The notes under the pieces were generated by a model. It did no database searches and was not told the DNA's origin. It worked only from the letters and a program-made list of their open reading frames with translations. 26,663 nucleotides of DNA, from the IMG/VR virus record IMGVR_UViG_3300048598_000245, positions 1 to 26,663 of that record; one strand, given 5' to 3'. The stretch's first letter is position 1. The number at the start of each line of letters is the position of its first letter. Of this stretch, positions 15,940 through 24,551 are shown in pieces. A program made the translations under genes and the position numbers. Source of the stretch: a virus. Taxonomy: Duplodnaviria > Caudoviricetes.

Positions 15940-17618
15940 GCGTGAGCGACGCCGATCTCGTCGACCAGGTCCAGGATGACGGCCGCGCAGATCGCGCGGC
16001 CGAAATCGTCGAGACGCCCAAGGTCACCCAGGCGGTGCTCGACGCCGTGTCCCGCCTCGGCGCCCAGGGGGTCTTCCACGAGTACCAGAAGCGCGCGGTC
16101 GCCCTGTCGCACCAGGTGGAGCTGCTCGTCGTCGAGAAGAGCCGCCGCGTCGGGATCACCTGGGCGTTCGCCGGCGACGACGTCATCACCTCGGCCACCG
16201 CCCGGGGCCAGGGCGGCGACGACACGCTCTACATCTCCTACAGCCAGGACATGGCGCGCGAGTACATCGACGCCTGCGCGGGCTTCGCCAAGGCCTTCAT
16301 GGGCATAGACGCCCGGGTCGGCGAGTTCATGTTCGACGATGAGGTCCCGGGCCAGGACGAGACGAAGCAGATCAAGGCCTTCAGGATCGACTTCGCGTCC
16401 GGTTTCTCCATCCAGGCGCTGTCCAGCGCGCCGCGATCGTTGCGGGGCAAGCAAGGCCGGGTGCGGATCGACGAGGGCGCCTTCGTCAACAGCCTCGAGG
16501 AGCTGGTCAAGGCGGCCATGGCGCTCGTCATGCTCGGCGGCTCCGTGGTGATCATGTCGTCGCACAACGGCGTCGACAGCGACTTCAACAAGATCATCCA
16601 GCGCATCCGCGCCGGCGAGCAGGAAGGCCAGGTCCTCACGATCACCTTCCAGGACGCGATCGCCGACGGCATGTACGAGCGGATCGCCAAGATCCGCGGC
16701 CTGGAGCTGACGGTCGAGGCCCGGGACGCCTGGGTCGCGAAGATCTACAAGCTCTACGGCGCCCACGCCTCCGAGGAGCTGGACTGCATCCCCTCCAAGG
16801 GCACCGGGTCGTGGCTGACGTTCGACGAGATCGAGCGCGCCGAGGACCCCGCGGTGAAGGTGCTTCGACTGGCGTTCGAAGACGCCTTCACCTTCCAGCC
16901 GGACCACCTGCGCCAGGCGGCCATTCGCGAGTGGTGCGAAGCCGTGCTGTTGCCCGAGATCCTCAAGCTCACAGCGCACGACGTGCTGGGGGTCGGCGGC
17001 GACTTCGCGCGGATCACCGACCTGTCGGTCGTCTGGCCGTTGATCGAGGCGCAGGACCGCAGCCTTCGCACGCCCTTCGTCATCGAGATGCGCAACGTGC
17101 CCTTCACCGAGCAGGAGTTCGTCTGGAAGTTCCTGCTGAACCGCCTGCGCCGGTGGCGCGCGGCGATCGACGCCCAGGGCAACGGCCTTTATCTGGCCGA
17201 GCGCCTGGTCCAGGCCTTCGGCTCGCGCGTGGCCGCCCTCACCAGCATGAACGCGGCCTGGTGGCGCGAGCACGGGCCGCCGGTCAAACAGCGCTTTCAG
17301 GACGACCGCCTCTCGATCCCCAGAGACAGCGACATCGCCGCCGATCTGCGGGCGGTGAAGGTCGAGGGGGGCGTGCCCACGATCCCCAAGGCGCGGACGA
17401 CCGCCAAGGGCGAGGACGCCGCTTTGGCCAAGGCCGGCGCCAAGCGCCACGCCGACGCCGCCGTCGCGCTCGTCAGCGCCGTGTTCGCCATCCGCCAGGG
17501 CGTCGCCGGCGAGATCGACCACCAGTCGGCCGGATCGGTGCTCCCCGCCCAGAACCTGATCGCCGAGGACCGCGGCTTCGGCGTCGTCACCTCCGAACTC
17601 ACCTTGAACGGTTACTGA
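15936..17618 (+). CDS. Terminase large subunit (Mu gp28-like)
   Basis: YQ motif, EKSRRVGITW, Walker B IDEGAF, nuclease GGDFAR..D, IDAQGNG, HAD. Confidence 0.93.
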   Translation: MSVSDADLVDQVQDDGRADRAAEIVETPKVTQAVLDAVSRLGAQGVFHEYQKRAVALSHQVELLVVEKSRRVGITWAFAGDDVITSATARGQGGDDTLYISYSQDMAREYIDACAGFAKAFMGIDARVGEFMFDDEVPGQDETKQIKAFRIDFASGFSIQALSSAPRSLRGKQGRVRIDEGAFVNSLEELVKAAMALVMLGGSVVIMSSHNGVDSDFNKIIQRIRAGEQEGQVLTITFQDAIADGMYERIAKIRGLELTVEARDAWVAKIYKLYGAHASEELDCIPSKGTGSWLTFDEIERAEDPAVKVLRLAFEDAFTFQPDHLRQAAIREWCEAVLLPEILKLTAHDVLGVGGDFARITDLSVVWPLIEAQDRSLRTPFVIEMRNVPFTEQEFVWKFLLNRLRRWRAAIDAQGNGLYLAERLVQAFGSRVAALTSMNAAWWREHGPPVKQRFQDDRLSIPRDSDIAADLRAVKVEGGVPTIPKARTTAKGEDAALAKAGAKRHADAAVALVSAVFAIRQGVAGEIDHQSAGSVLPAQNLIAEDRGFGVVTSELTLNGY

Positions 17619-17619
17619 C

Positions 17620-19125
17620 ATGGCCGACGACCAGGCGCTTCCGGCCAAGCCGGACACCAACGAGATCGCCTCCTCCCTTGATGGGCGCGACATCACACGA
17701 CCGTTCTTCGGGCCGCTGCTTGAGCACTCCGACACGGTCCTGCGCGGACTAGGGAGCCGCTGGGAGGCGTACCGCGAGATCCGCCGCGACGGCCAGGTTC
17801 ACGCCACCTTCCAGCAGCGCCGCCTGGCCGTCGTCGCCCGGCCGCTGGTCGTGGAGCCTGGCGCGAAGGACGCCAGGAGCGTGGCGGCCGCCAAGCAACT
17901 GGAGGCCAACCTCGCGGCGATCGCATTCGACCGCGCGTCCAAGGGCATGGCCTGGGGCCTGTTCTACGGCTTCAGCGTCGGCGAGTGCATGTGGGAGATC
18001 CGCGACGGCAAGGTCTGGCTCTCCACCGTGAAGGTCCGGACGCCCTGGCGCTTCCGCTTCACGCCGGCCGGCGAGCTTCGCCTCCTGACCCGCCGGTCGA
18101 TGTTCGACGGCGAGCAGCTGCCGGAGCGCAAGTTCTGGGTCATGGCGTCGGGCGCCGACAACGACGACGATCCCTACGGCCTGGGGCTGGCGCACCAGCT
18201 CTATTGGCCGGTCTACTTCAAGAAGAACGGCCTGGCCTTCTGGCTGCGCGCCCTCGAGAAGTTCGGCGCGCCGACGGCGGTCGGGACCTATCAGCCGGGC
18301 ACCTCCAAGGAAGACCAGGCCAAGCTGCTCGCCGCCGCCATGGCGATCCGCATCGACGGCGCCGTGATCAAGCCCGAGGGGACGCTCCTGGAGCTGCTCG
18401 AGGCGAACCGCGGCACCGTCGACCAGGCGACCTTCCATCGCCAGATGAACGGCGAGGTCTCCAAGATCGTCCTCGGCCAGACCATGACCACGGATGACGG
18501 CGCCTCGCTCGCCCAGGGCAAGGTGCACTTCGACGTGCGCGAAGAGCTGACCGACGCCGACGTCGAGGAGCTGTGCGAGAGCTTCCAGCAAGGGCCCGCC
18601 CGCTGGCTGACGGAATGGAACTTCCCAGGCGCGGCGATCCCGATCATTCGGCGGCCGAGCCCCGAGGACGCCGAGCGGGCGTCCAAGTTGACGAAGGAGC
18701 GGGCCGAGACCGTCGATATCATGGGCCGCGCCGGCTACGAGCCGGACGAGGCCACGCTGCAGGAGATGTTCCCGGGCTGGCGGAAGAAGCTGGTCGAGAC
18801 GCCGCCGCCCACCCAGCTCGGCCACAACGGGGGGCCGCCCCTGGACCCTGCCTTCGCCGAGCCGGACGGCCGCGACGCGATCGACGCGTTCGTCGACGAA
18901 CTGGACTGGCAGCCGATCGTCGAGCCGGTGATCGCGCGGGTCACCGACCTGGTGCTCGGCGCGCCCTCGCTGCAGGTGGCCGCCGATCGGCTGGCGGCCC
19001 TATTCGCCGAGCCGGCGACGGGCGTGGAGGCGCTGGCGCGGGCCGTCTTCCAGGCGCGACTGGCCGGCGAAGGCGGCATCGGTCTCAGCCGCCAGGAAGC
19101 CCGCGACATCGCCGCCGAGGACTAG
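17620..19125 (+). CDS. Portal protein (DUF935, Mu gp29-like)
   Basis: YGFSVGE, PYGLGL..LYW..FK..W...EKFG.P, SKIVLGQTMT, VH..VR. Confidence 0.93.
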   Translation: MADDQALPAKPDTNEIASSLDGRDITRPFFGPLLEHSDTVLRGLGSRWEAYREIRRDGQVHATFQQRRLAVVARPLVVEPGAKDARSVAAAKQLEANLAAIAFDRASKGMAWGLFYGFSVGECMWEIRDGKVWLSTVKVRTPWRFRFTPAGELRLLTRRSMFDGEQLPERKFWVMASGADNDDDPYGLGLAHQLYWPVYFKKNGLAFWLRALEKFGAPTAVGTYQPGTSKEDQAKLLAAAMAIRIDGAVIKPEGTLLELLEANRGTVDQATFHRQMNGEVSKIVLGQTMTTDDGASLAQGKVHFDVREELTDADVEELCESFQQGPARWLTEWNFPGAAIPIIRRPSPEDAERASKLTKERAETVDIMGRAGYEPDEATLQEMFPGWRKKLVETPPPTQLGHNGGPPLDPAFAEPDGRDAIDAFVDELDWQPIVEPVIARVTDLVLGAPSLQVAADRLAALFAEPATGVEALARAVFQARLAGEGGIGLSRQEARDIAAED

Positions 19126-19128
19126 GCG

Positions 19129-20448
19129 ATGGCCGACTTCAAGTTTGTGCCGGCGCCGCCGGCCGAGGCGGTCGACTACCTCGAGCGCAAGTCGATCGGC
19201 GGGCGCTTCTCCTTCGACTGGCGCGACGTTTGGCAGGAGGAGCACCTCAACGTCTTCGTCGTCGCCAAGGCGATGCAGGCCGACCTGCTGACCGACATCC
19301 ACGGCGGCCTCATGTCCGCGATCGGCGACGGCTGGACTAAGGAGCGCTTCGTCCGGGAGCTCACGCCCCTGCTGCAGGCCAAGGGCTGGTGGGGCAAGAA
19401 GCGCGTGGTCGATCCAGTCACCGGCGAAGCGCGCCTGGCGACGCTCGGCACGCCCCGACGGCTGCGGGTGATCTACGACACGAACATGCGGATGGCGCAC
19501 GCCGCCGGCCGGTGGGAGCGGCTGATGCGGTCGGCCTCGACCAGGCCCTACGGCGTCTATCATCACACGCCCCAGGAAAACCCGCGCCAGGAGCACCTGG
19601 CCTGGAACGGCGTGACCCTTCCGCTAACCCACCCCTGGTGGAAGACGCACTACACCCCCAACGGCTGGGGCTGTAAGTGCTACGTCACCTCCGTCCGCAA
19701 GGCTGAGAAGGTCACCACGGAAGACGAGCTGCAGGCCCGCGGCGGCTACGACCAGGTCACCTGGACCAACCGGCGCACCGGCCAGGTCGAGACCTCGCCG
19801 AAGGGCATCGACCGTGGCTTCGCCTACAACGTCGGCCAGGCGCGCCTGTCCGGCCTGGCGCCCGCGCCCTTGCCCGAGCCGCAGCGGCCCTATGTCGTCG
19901 GCGAACGAAATCCGCGGGCGTTGCCCCCGATGCGCGCGGCACGCCAGCTCCCGGCCGACGTGCGGGTCAGGCCCGACCTGCCGCCCGAGCCGGCGGCGGT
20001 GTTCGAGGCCATGTCCAAGGTGATCGGCAAGGGCGAAGGCGAGGTCTTCATCGACCGCGCCCAGGTCCCGCTGATCGTCGGCCAGCGCATGTTCGAGCAG
20101 CACGACGCCGCCGGCGCCTCGATCGGCCCCAAGGCCGGCCTCGGCACGCGGGCGAAGCTCGCGGAGATCTTCGGCGCGGTGCTGCGCGACCCCGACGAGA
20201 TTTGGCTATCCATGCAGACCCGCGAGGACGGCAGCTCGGTCATGGTCCGGACCTTCGTGGCGGCCTTCGACGCCATGGCCGACGTCGGCCGCCAGCTGTT
20301 CGTCGTTTCGTTCCATGAGGGCGCCGCCCGCGGCGTCTGGATGGGCGCGACCGCCTTCGGCCCGGGCAAGCGCGACAAGCCGGCCACCCAGGCCAGCATG
20401 ACCAGCGCGGGGTTCCGGGTCGGCGCCTTGGTCTATCGGCGGAAATGA
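19129..20448 (+). CDS. MuF minor head protein with C-terminal PBECR2-like nuclease domain
   Basis: MuF: RRLRVIYDTN, R.EH..W.G, PNGWGCKC, GFAYNVG. C-terminal extension: VLRDPDEIW...W.G.TAF...R.G.LVYRR. Confidence 0.88.
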   Translation: MADFKFVPAPPAEAVDYLERKSIGGRFSFDWRDVWQEEHLNVFVVAKAMQADLLTDIHGGLMSAIGDGWTKERFVRELTPLLQAKGWWGKKRVVDPVTGEARLATLGTPRRLRVIYDTNMRMAHAAGRWERLMRSASTRPYGVYHHTPQENPRQEHLAWNGVTLPLTHPWWKTHYTPNGWGCKCYVTSVRKAEKVTTEDELQARGGYDQVTWTNRRTGQVETSPKGIDRGFAYNVGQARLSGLAPAPLPEPQRPYVVGERNPRALPPMRAARQLPADVRVRPDLPPEPAAVFEAMSKVIGKGEGEVFIDRAQVPLIVGQRMFEQHDAAGASIGPKAGLGTRAKLAEIFGAVLRDPDEIWLSMQTREDGSSVMVRTFVAAFDAMADVGRQLFVVSFHEGAARGVWMGATAFGPGKRDKPATQASMTSAGFRVGALVYRRK

Positions 20449-20521
20449 AAAGGCCCGCGCGGGGCGACCGCCGGGCCTCGATGGCGTTGCTCTGGATCCC
20501 GTCGCCGAGCGCGACAACGCC
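20446..20521 (-). ncRNA. Putative ~75-nt two-hairpin small RNA convergent with muF
   Basis: Promoter TTGAAC-N17-TATATG immediately upstream; 5' stem GGCGUUG/CAACGCC (20483-20521); terminator stem 20451-20478 plus U tract ending at the muF stop. Confidence 0.6.
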
Positions 20522-20526
20522 CCTCA

Positions 20527-20555
20527 CATATACGCCCCTGGAGGCTGGAGTTCAA
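20527..20555 (-). promoter_or_regulatory. Sigma70-like promoter for the putative sRNA
   Basis: -35 TTGAAC (20555-20550), 17-bp spacer, -10 TATATG (20532-20527). Confidence 0.6.
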
Positions 20556-20678
20556 TGTGGGCGAGAAGGGCCTCAGGAGCCGCAGGAGCCGCTTCGGCGC
20601 TCCGATGGTCGCGGGAGGGGGCTCTCGGCCGTCCTGCCCCCTTTGAAGGCGTTCGAAGCGCGTTCGAAAGTGCGCTGG

Positions 20679-20870
20679 TCAGTCCGTCATCAGCAGTTCG
20701 GCGATCACGCTCGGAATGCCGTGCACGATGATCGAGCCGTTCCATCCCGAGATCGGCAGCATGAAGATGCAGGTGCTCGTGTCGTCATAGCGGGAGACCA
20801 AGGCGACATGGTCCGCGTTCAACCACACGACCTCGTCGTCGATCCTGGTCAGTTTCACCATCTTCGGCAT
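20679..20870 (-). CDS. Small FlbD/SwrD-like protein (about 63 aa), moron-like
   Basis: MVKLTRIDDEVVWLNADHVALV...T.I...IIV resembles the FlbD pattern. Opposite strand to the late operon; G-rich RBS. Confidence 0.65.
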   Translation of the reverse strand: MPKMVKLTRIDDEVVWLNADHVALVSRYDDTSTCIFMLPISGWNGSIIVHGIPSVIAELLMTD

Positions 20871-20887
20871 CTCGGAGCCCCCATCAC

Positions 20888-20932
20888 CTGACAACTGTCA
20901 GGGGCTACGGCCCCGGCAGCTCAATCCACAGT
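20888..20932 (+). promoter_or_regulatory. Putative activator-dependent late promoter 2 (head operon)
   Basis: CTGACA-AC-TGTCAG dyad, then GGGCTACGGCCC, 13 bp, and CACAGT. 23 of 26 bases identical to 12714-12739. Confidence 0.75.
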
Positions 20933-20994
20933 GACGCCTCAACACGCGGTCGTCCAGGGGCGGCCGCAGCGCTGTCTCAAGAGTCGTCACCACC

Positions 20995-22131
20995 ATGCTG
21001 GAAAGCGTCCAGGCCTTCAAAGCGGGCAAGCACCGCGCCATCGACGGCCGCGTCTATGAGTTCTCGGAAGCCGACGTCGCGGCGATCGCGGCGAGCTACG
21101 ACCCCGCCCTTCAGGCGGCCCCGGTCGTGCTCGGCCATCCGAAGACCAATGACCCCGCCTGGGCCTGGGTGAAGGGCCTGAAGGTCGAAGGCGGCGTCCT
21201 GGTCGCCGACCTCGAGCGCGTCGCCCCGGCATTCGCCGAAGCGGTCGACGATGGCCGCTACCGCTATCGTTCGGCCGCCTTCTATGCGCCGGGCGATCCG
21301 AGCAACCCCAAGCCCGGCGCCTGGTACCTGCGCCACGTCGGCTACCTGGGCGCGACACCGCCGGCGGTGAAGGGGCTGGAGACGGCCTTCTCCGGCGAGG
21401 CGGAGTCCTTCGTCGCGTTCGGCGTGGCCGACGGCTTCTGGGTGAAGGACCTCCTGCGGGGCGTCCGCGACTTCTTCATCGAGAAGTTCGGCCTGGAAGA
21501 CGCCGACCGCGTGCTGCCCTCCTGGGCGATCGACAACATCGAGCGCGAACAGCCCGAACCGGCCGCCGCCTTCGCCGAGGGTGACGTCGACCCGGCGCCC
21601 GCCGGCGCCGACACGATCGCCGCCGACGTCGGCCCGGACACCACGCCGGCCGCCGCCGCAGCGGACGCCGTCTCCGGCGGCGCCGCCGACGACCAGCTGG
21701 CGGAGCGCGAAGCCGCCCTGCAGGCGCGCGAAGCGAGCGTCGCCGCACGTGAAGCCGCGTTCGCCGAAAGCGCCCGTCAAGACGCGCGGACCGAGGACGC
21801 GGCCTATCTCGACGGCCTGGTCGCGGCCGGTCGCCTGCCGCCCGTCCAGCGCGACCGCGTCGCCGCCATCTTCGCCCGCCTCGGCGGCGATCAGACGGTC
21901 GCCTTCTCGGAGCCCGACGCCGATCCGCGCGCCGAGCTGCGCGAGCTCCTGGACGGCCTGGGTGTGTCGATCGCCTTCGCCGAGGTCTCAGCCGCCGACG
22001 GCTTCGACGCCACCAGCGCCGCCGCCGCGCCCCAGATCGCCGAGCAGATCCAGGCGATCCGCTCCGAGGCCGCCGGTCGCGGAGAGACCCTTTCCTACTC
22101 CCAAGCCGCCGCCCGCATCGGCCGCGGCTGA
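20995..22131 (+). CDS. Mu I-like prohead protease/scaffold
   Basis: APVVLGHP, YRYRSAAFY, LRHVGYLGATPPAVKGL; acidic helical C-terminal half. Confidence 0.9.
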   Translation: MLESVQAFKAGKHRAIDGRVYEFSEADVAAIAASYDPALQAAPVVLGHPKTNDPAWAWVKGLKVEGGVLVADLERVAPAFAEAVDDGRYRYRSAAFYAPGDPSNPKPGAWYLRHVGYLGATPPAVKGLETAFSGEAESFVAFGVADGFWVKDLLRGVRDFFIEKFGLEDADRVLPSWAIDNIEREQPEPAAAFAEGDVDPAPAGADTIAADVGPDTTPAAAAADAVSGGAADDQLAEREAALQAREASVAAREAAFAESARQDARTEDAAYLDGLVAAGRLPPVQRDRVAAIFARLGGDQTVAFSEPDADPRAELRELLDGLGVSIAFAEVSAADGFDATSAAAAPQIAEQIQAIRSEAAGRGETLSYSQAAARIGRG

Positions 22132-22153
22132 ACCGCCACCTGAAGGACCTTCA

Positions 22154-22525
22154 ATGCGCGCTCAACCCGCCCTTCCGTACGCCGCCGGCGCCGCCGTCAC
22201 GAAGCGTCGGATCGTCAAGTTCTCGGCCGACCTGACCGTCGTGCAGGCCGCCGCCGCCACCGACGCCCTGGTCGGCGTCGCCGACAGCCTCGGCGCTGAA
22301 GCCGCGGGCGCCCGCTGCGAGGTCTACGTCGCCGGCGTCGTCGAGGTGGAAGCCGGCGGCAACATCACCCGCGGCGCCTTCGTCACGTCGGACGCCAACG
22401 GCCGGGCGGTCGCTGCCGCGCCGGCGGCCGGCGCCAACAACCGCGTCATCGGCATCGCCCAGGCCTCGGCGGTCTCCGGGGACATCGTCGATGTCCTCCT
22501 GGCGCCCGGCCAGATCCAGGGCTGA
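22154..22525 (+). CDS. Capsid decoration/cement protein (DUF2190-like)
   Basis: Ala/Gly/Val-rich; VEAGG.I..G..V.SDANGRAV...IG.A..A..GD.V.V; between protease and capsid; AAGGA RBS. Confidence 0.8.
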   Translation: MRAQPALPYAAGAAVTKRRIVKFSADLTVVQAAAATDALVGVADSLGAEAAGARCEVYVAGVVEVEAGGNITRGAFVTSDANGRAVAAAPAAGANNRVIGIAQASAVSGDIVDVLLAPGQIQG

Positions 22526-22564
22526 TCGCCCTCCAACCTTTCGCCACGCAGGACCCTGAAGCTC

Positions 22565-23500
22565 ATGGCCGACGCGCCTTTCCCGATCCACCCGACCTAC
22601 ACGGGGATCGCCCTCGCTTACAAAAACGAGGACATGATCGCCGACCAGGTGCTCCCCCTCGCCACGCCCGTGGCGAAGAAGGAGTTCACCTACTACGAGT
22701 ACCCGGTCGAAGAGGCCCTCACCGTGCCTGACACGGCGATCGGCCGCCGCTCGGAAGCCAACACCATTGAGGTGACGGCGACCGAGGCGACCTCCAAAAC
22801 CGTCCCCTACGCGCTGTCCGACCTGGTGCCGAACGAGGACGTGGACAACGCCCCGGAAGGCTACGATCCCCTCGGTCACGCCACCGAGACGGTGACCGAC
22901 CTGATGGAGCTGGCCCGCGAGGTCCGCGTCTCCAACCTGGTCTTCGCCGCCGCCACCTATCCGGCCGGGAACAAGGTCCAGCTCGCCGGCACCGACCAGT
23001 GGTCGGACTTCGACGACTCGGATCCGTTCCAGGATCTCTGGGACGCCCTCGACGTGCCGCTGATGCGGCCGAACACGGCGGTCTTCGGCCAGCCGGTGTG
23101 GAACAAGCTCGCCACCCATCCGAAGATCATCTCGGCCCTCTACGGCTCGGCCTCGACCATCGGCAAGGCCCGCAAGGAAGACCTCGCCGACCGCCTGGAG
23201 ATCTCCCGGGTCATCGTCGGCAAGGCCCGGGTGAACACCGCCAAGAAGGGCCAGGCGGCCGTCCTGTCGCGCACCTGGGGCAAGCACGCCGCGCTGCTCC
23301 ACATCAACCCGCTCGCCAACAACGAGCGCGGCCTGACGTTCGGCATGACCGTTCCGCAGGGCCAGCGCCGGGCGACCCGCGTCATCCCCGAGCCGAAGAT
23401 CGGCATCGGCGGCTCGCAGCGCGTCCAGGTCGAGGAGCGCATGAAGGAGCTGATCGTCGCGGCCAACTGCGGCTACTTCTTCGAAAACGCGGTGGCCTGA
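22565..23500 (+). CDS. Major capsid protein
   Basis: LT.IA.AY.N...IAD.V.P-type start, QWSD...DP, PN, W..L..HP, C-terminal GYFFENAVA; position and size fit. Confidence 0.88.
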   Translation: MADAPFPIHPTYTGIALAYKNEDMIADQVLPLATPVAKKEFTYYEYPVEEALTVPDTAIGRRSEANTIEVTATEATSKTVPYALSDLVPNEDVDNAPEGYDPLGHATETVTDLMELAREVRVSNLVFAAATYPAGNKVQLAGTDQWSDFDDSDPFQDLWDALDVPLMRPNTAVFGQPVWNKLATHPKIISALYGSASTIGKARKEDLADRLEISRVIVGKARVNTAKKGQAAVLSRTWGKHAALLHINPLANNERGLTFGMTVPQGQRRATRVIPEPKIGIGGSQRVQVEERMKELIVAANCGYFFENAVA

Positions 23501-23503
23501 CCC

Positions 23504-24241
23504 ATGCGCGTCAAGGTCGTCGGCATCGCGCTTCGCCATAGCGGCAAGCGCTTCGAGATCGGCGAGGTGCTGGACCTCGCCGAGCATCCTGACCTGGCTG
23601 AGGTCGTCGCGGAGCGGCTGCGAGCCCTCACGGCCGAGGAGGTCCATGGGGACGCCGCGATGCCGGCCGACCTGGCGCAGGCCCTGGCGACGCTGAACGA
23701 CGCCGCCCTGGCGCTGTCGGCGGCGCTCGCCGCGGCCCTCGACGTCGTCGAGCAGGGGCCGGCCGGCTATCCGCAGATGTTCCTCGACGGCCTCGACCAG
23801 GCCAGCGCCGCTGAGCCGGCCGCGGCCGTGTCCGTTCGCCTCGAGGCCGTCCGCACGCTCGCCGCCCAGGAACGCCACGACGCCATCGAACAGGTCGCTC
23901 CTGCCATGCAGGCGGCCTCGGACGCCGCCGCCGACGACGGCCCGACGGCGGCGTCCACCCAGAATTCCGAGGCCCCCGAGGCGGAGGCGACCGGGTCGGA
24001 TACGGTCACCGTCGCTCAGCCGGGGGCGAACTCCGAGGGCGGCGACACCCCCTCGGCGGACGGCGCGGGCGCTCCGCCTGCGCCGAACGATGCACCCCAG
24101 CCTGAAGGCGGGGTGGATGGCGACGCCGGGGCTGCGCCCGCAGCTCCGGCCGAGCCCGCCGCCGCGCCGAAGCCCGCTCGAAGCAAGCGCAAGTCCGCCC
24201 CGAAGGGGGCTGACCAGGCGAAGGCAGGCGGCGATGACTGA
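23504..24241 (+). CDS. Hypothetical protein at the Mu gp35 position, low-complexity C-terminus
   Basis: N-terminal LRHSGKRFEIGE..L motif; Ala/Pro/acidic tail. Confidence 0.7.
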   Translation: MRVKVVGIALRHSGKRFEIGEVLDLAEHPDLAEVVAERLRALTAEEVHGDAAMPADLAQALATLNDAALALSAALAAALDVVEQGPAGYPQMFLDGLDQASAAEPAAAVSVRLEAVRTLAAQERHDAIEQVAPAMQAASDAAADDGPTAASTQNSEAPEAEATGSDTVTVAQPGANSEGGDTPSADGAGAPPAPNDAPQPEGGVDGDAGAAPAAPAEPAAAPKPARSKRKSAPKGADQAKAGGDD

Positions 24242-24548
24242 CGCCCTGCAGTCCAGCGACGCCCAGTCGGCGGCCGTGTCCGTGGCGCCCCGCGTCACCT
24301 ACGAGGACCTGAAGGCGAAGGTCGCCGCCGAGGAGTACTTCACCGCCGGTCCCGACGGGATCTTGACCATCTGCGTCCTCACGATGGCGAACGGCTTCAC
24401 GGTCACCGGCGAGTCCGCACCAGCCTCGCCCGAGAACTTCGACGCCAACCTCGGCTGCAAGTACGCCTACGAGGCCGCGATGCGGAAGGCGTGGTCCTTC
24501 GAGGGCTACCTTCTGCGGGAGCGGCTCTCTGCGGGGTCGGGCGCCTGA
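24234..24548 (+). CDS. N4 Gp49/Sf6 gp66-family protein (Tad1-like, 104 aa)
   Basis: APRVT...LTICVL...NGFTVTGESA..SPENFD..LG..A..A..K.W..EGYLL. Confidence 0.85.
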   Translation: MTDALQSSDAQSAAVSVAPRVTYEDLKAKVAAEEYFTAGPDGILTICVLTMANGFTVTGESAPASPENFDANLGCKYAYEAAMRKAWSFEGYLLRERLSAGSGA

Positions 24549-24551
24549 GCC

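Noticed and set aside
15276-17735. 819-aa minus-strand ORF
   Set aside because: Shadow of the terminase genes.
20446-20521. tRNA interpretation of the ~75-nt element
   Set aside because: No T-loop or D-loop consensus, no cloverleaf, no CCA end.
20445-20891. 148-aa plus-strand ORF coupled to the muF stop, a tempting immunity gene
   Set aside because: Atypical codon usage and composition; it runs across a hairpin, a promoter and a more protein-like antisense ORF. Not formally excluded without ribosome profiling.
22151-24298. 715-aa minus-strand ORF
   Set aside because: Shadow of the decoration, capsid and following genes.
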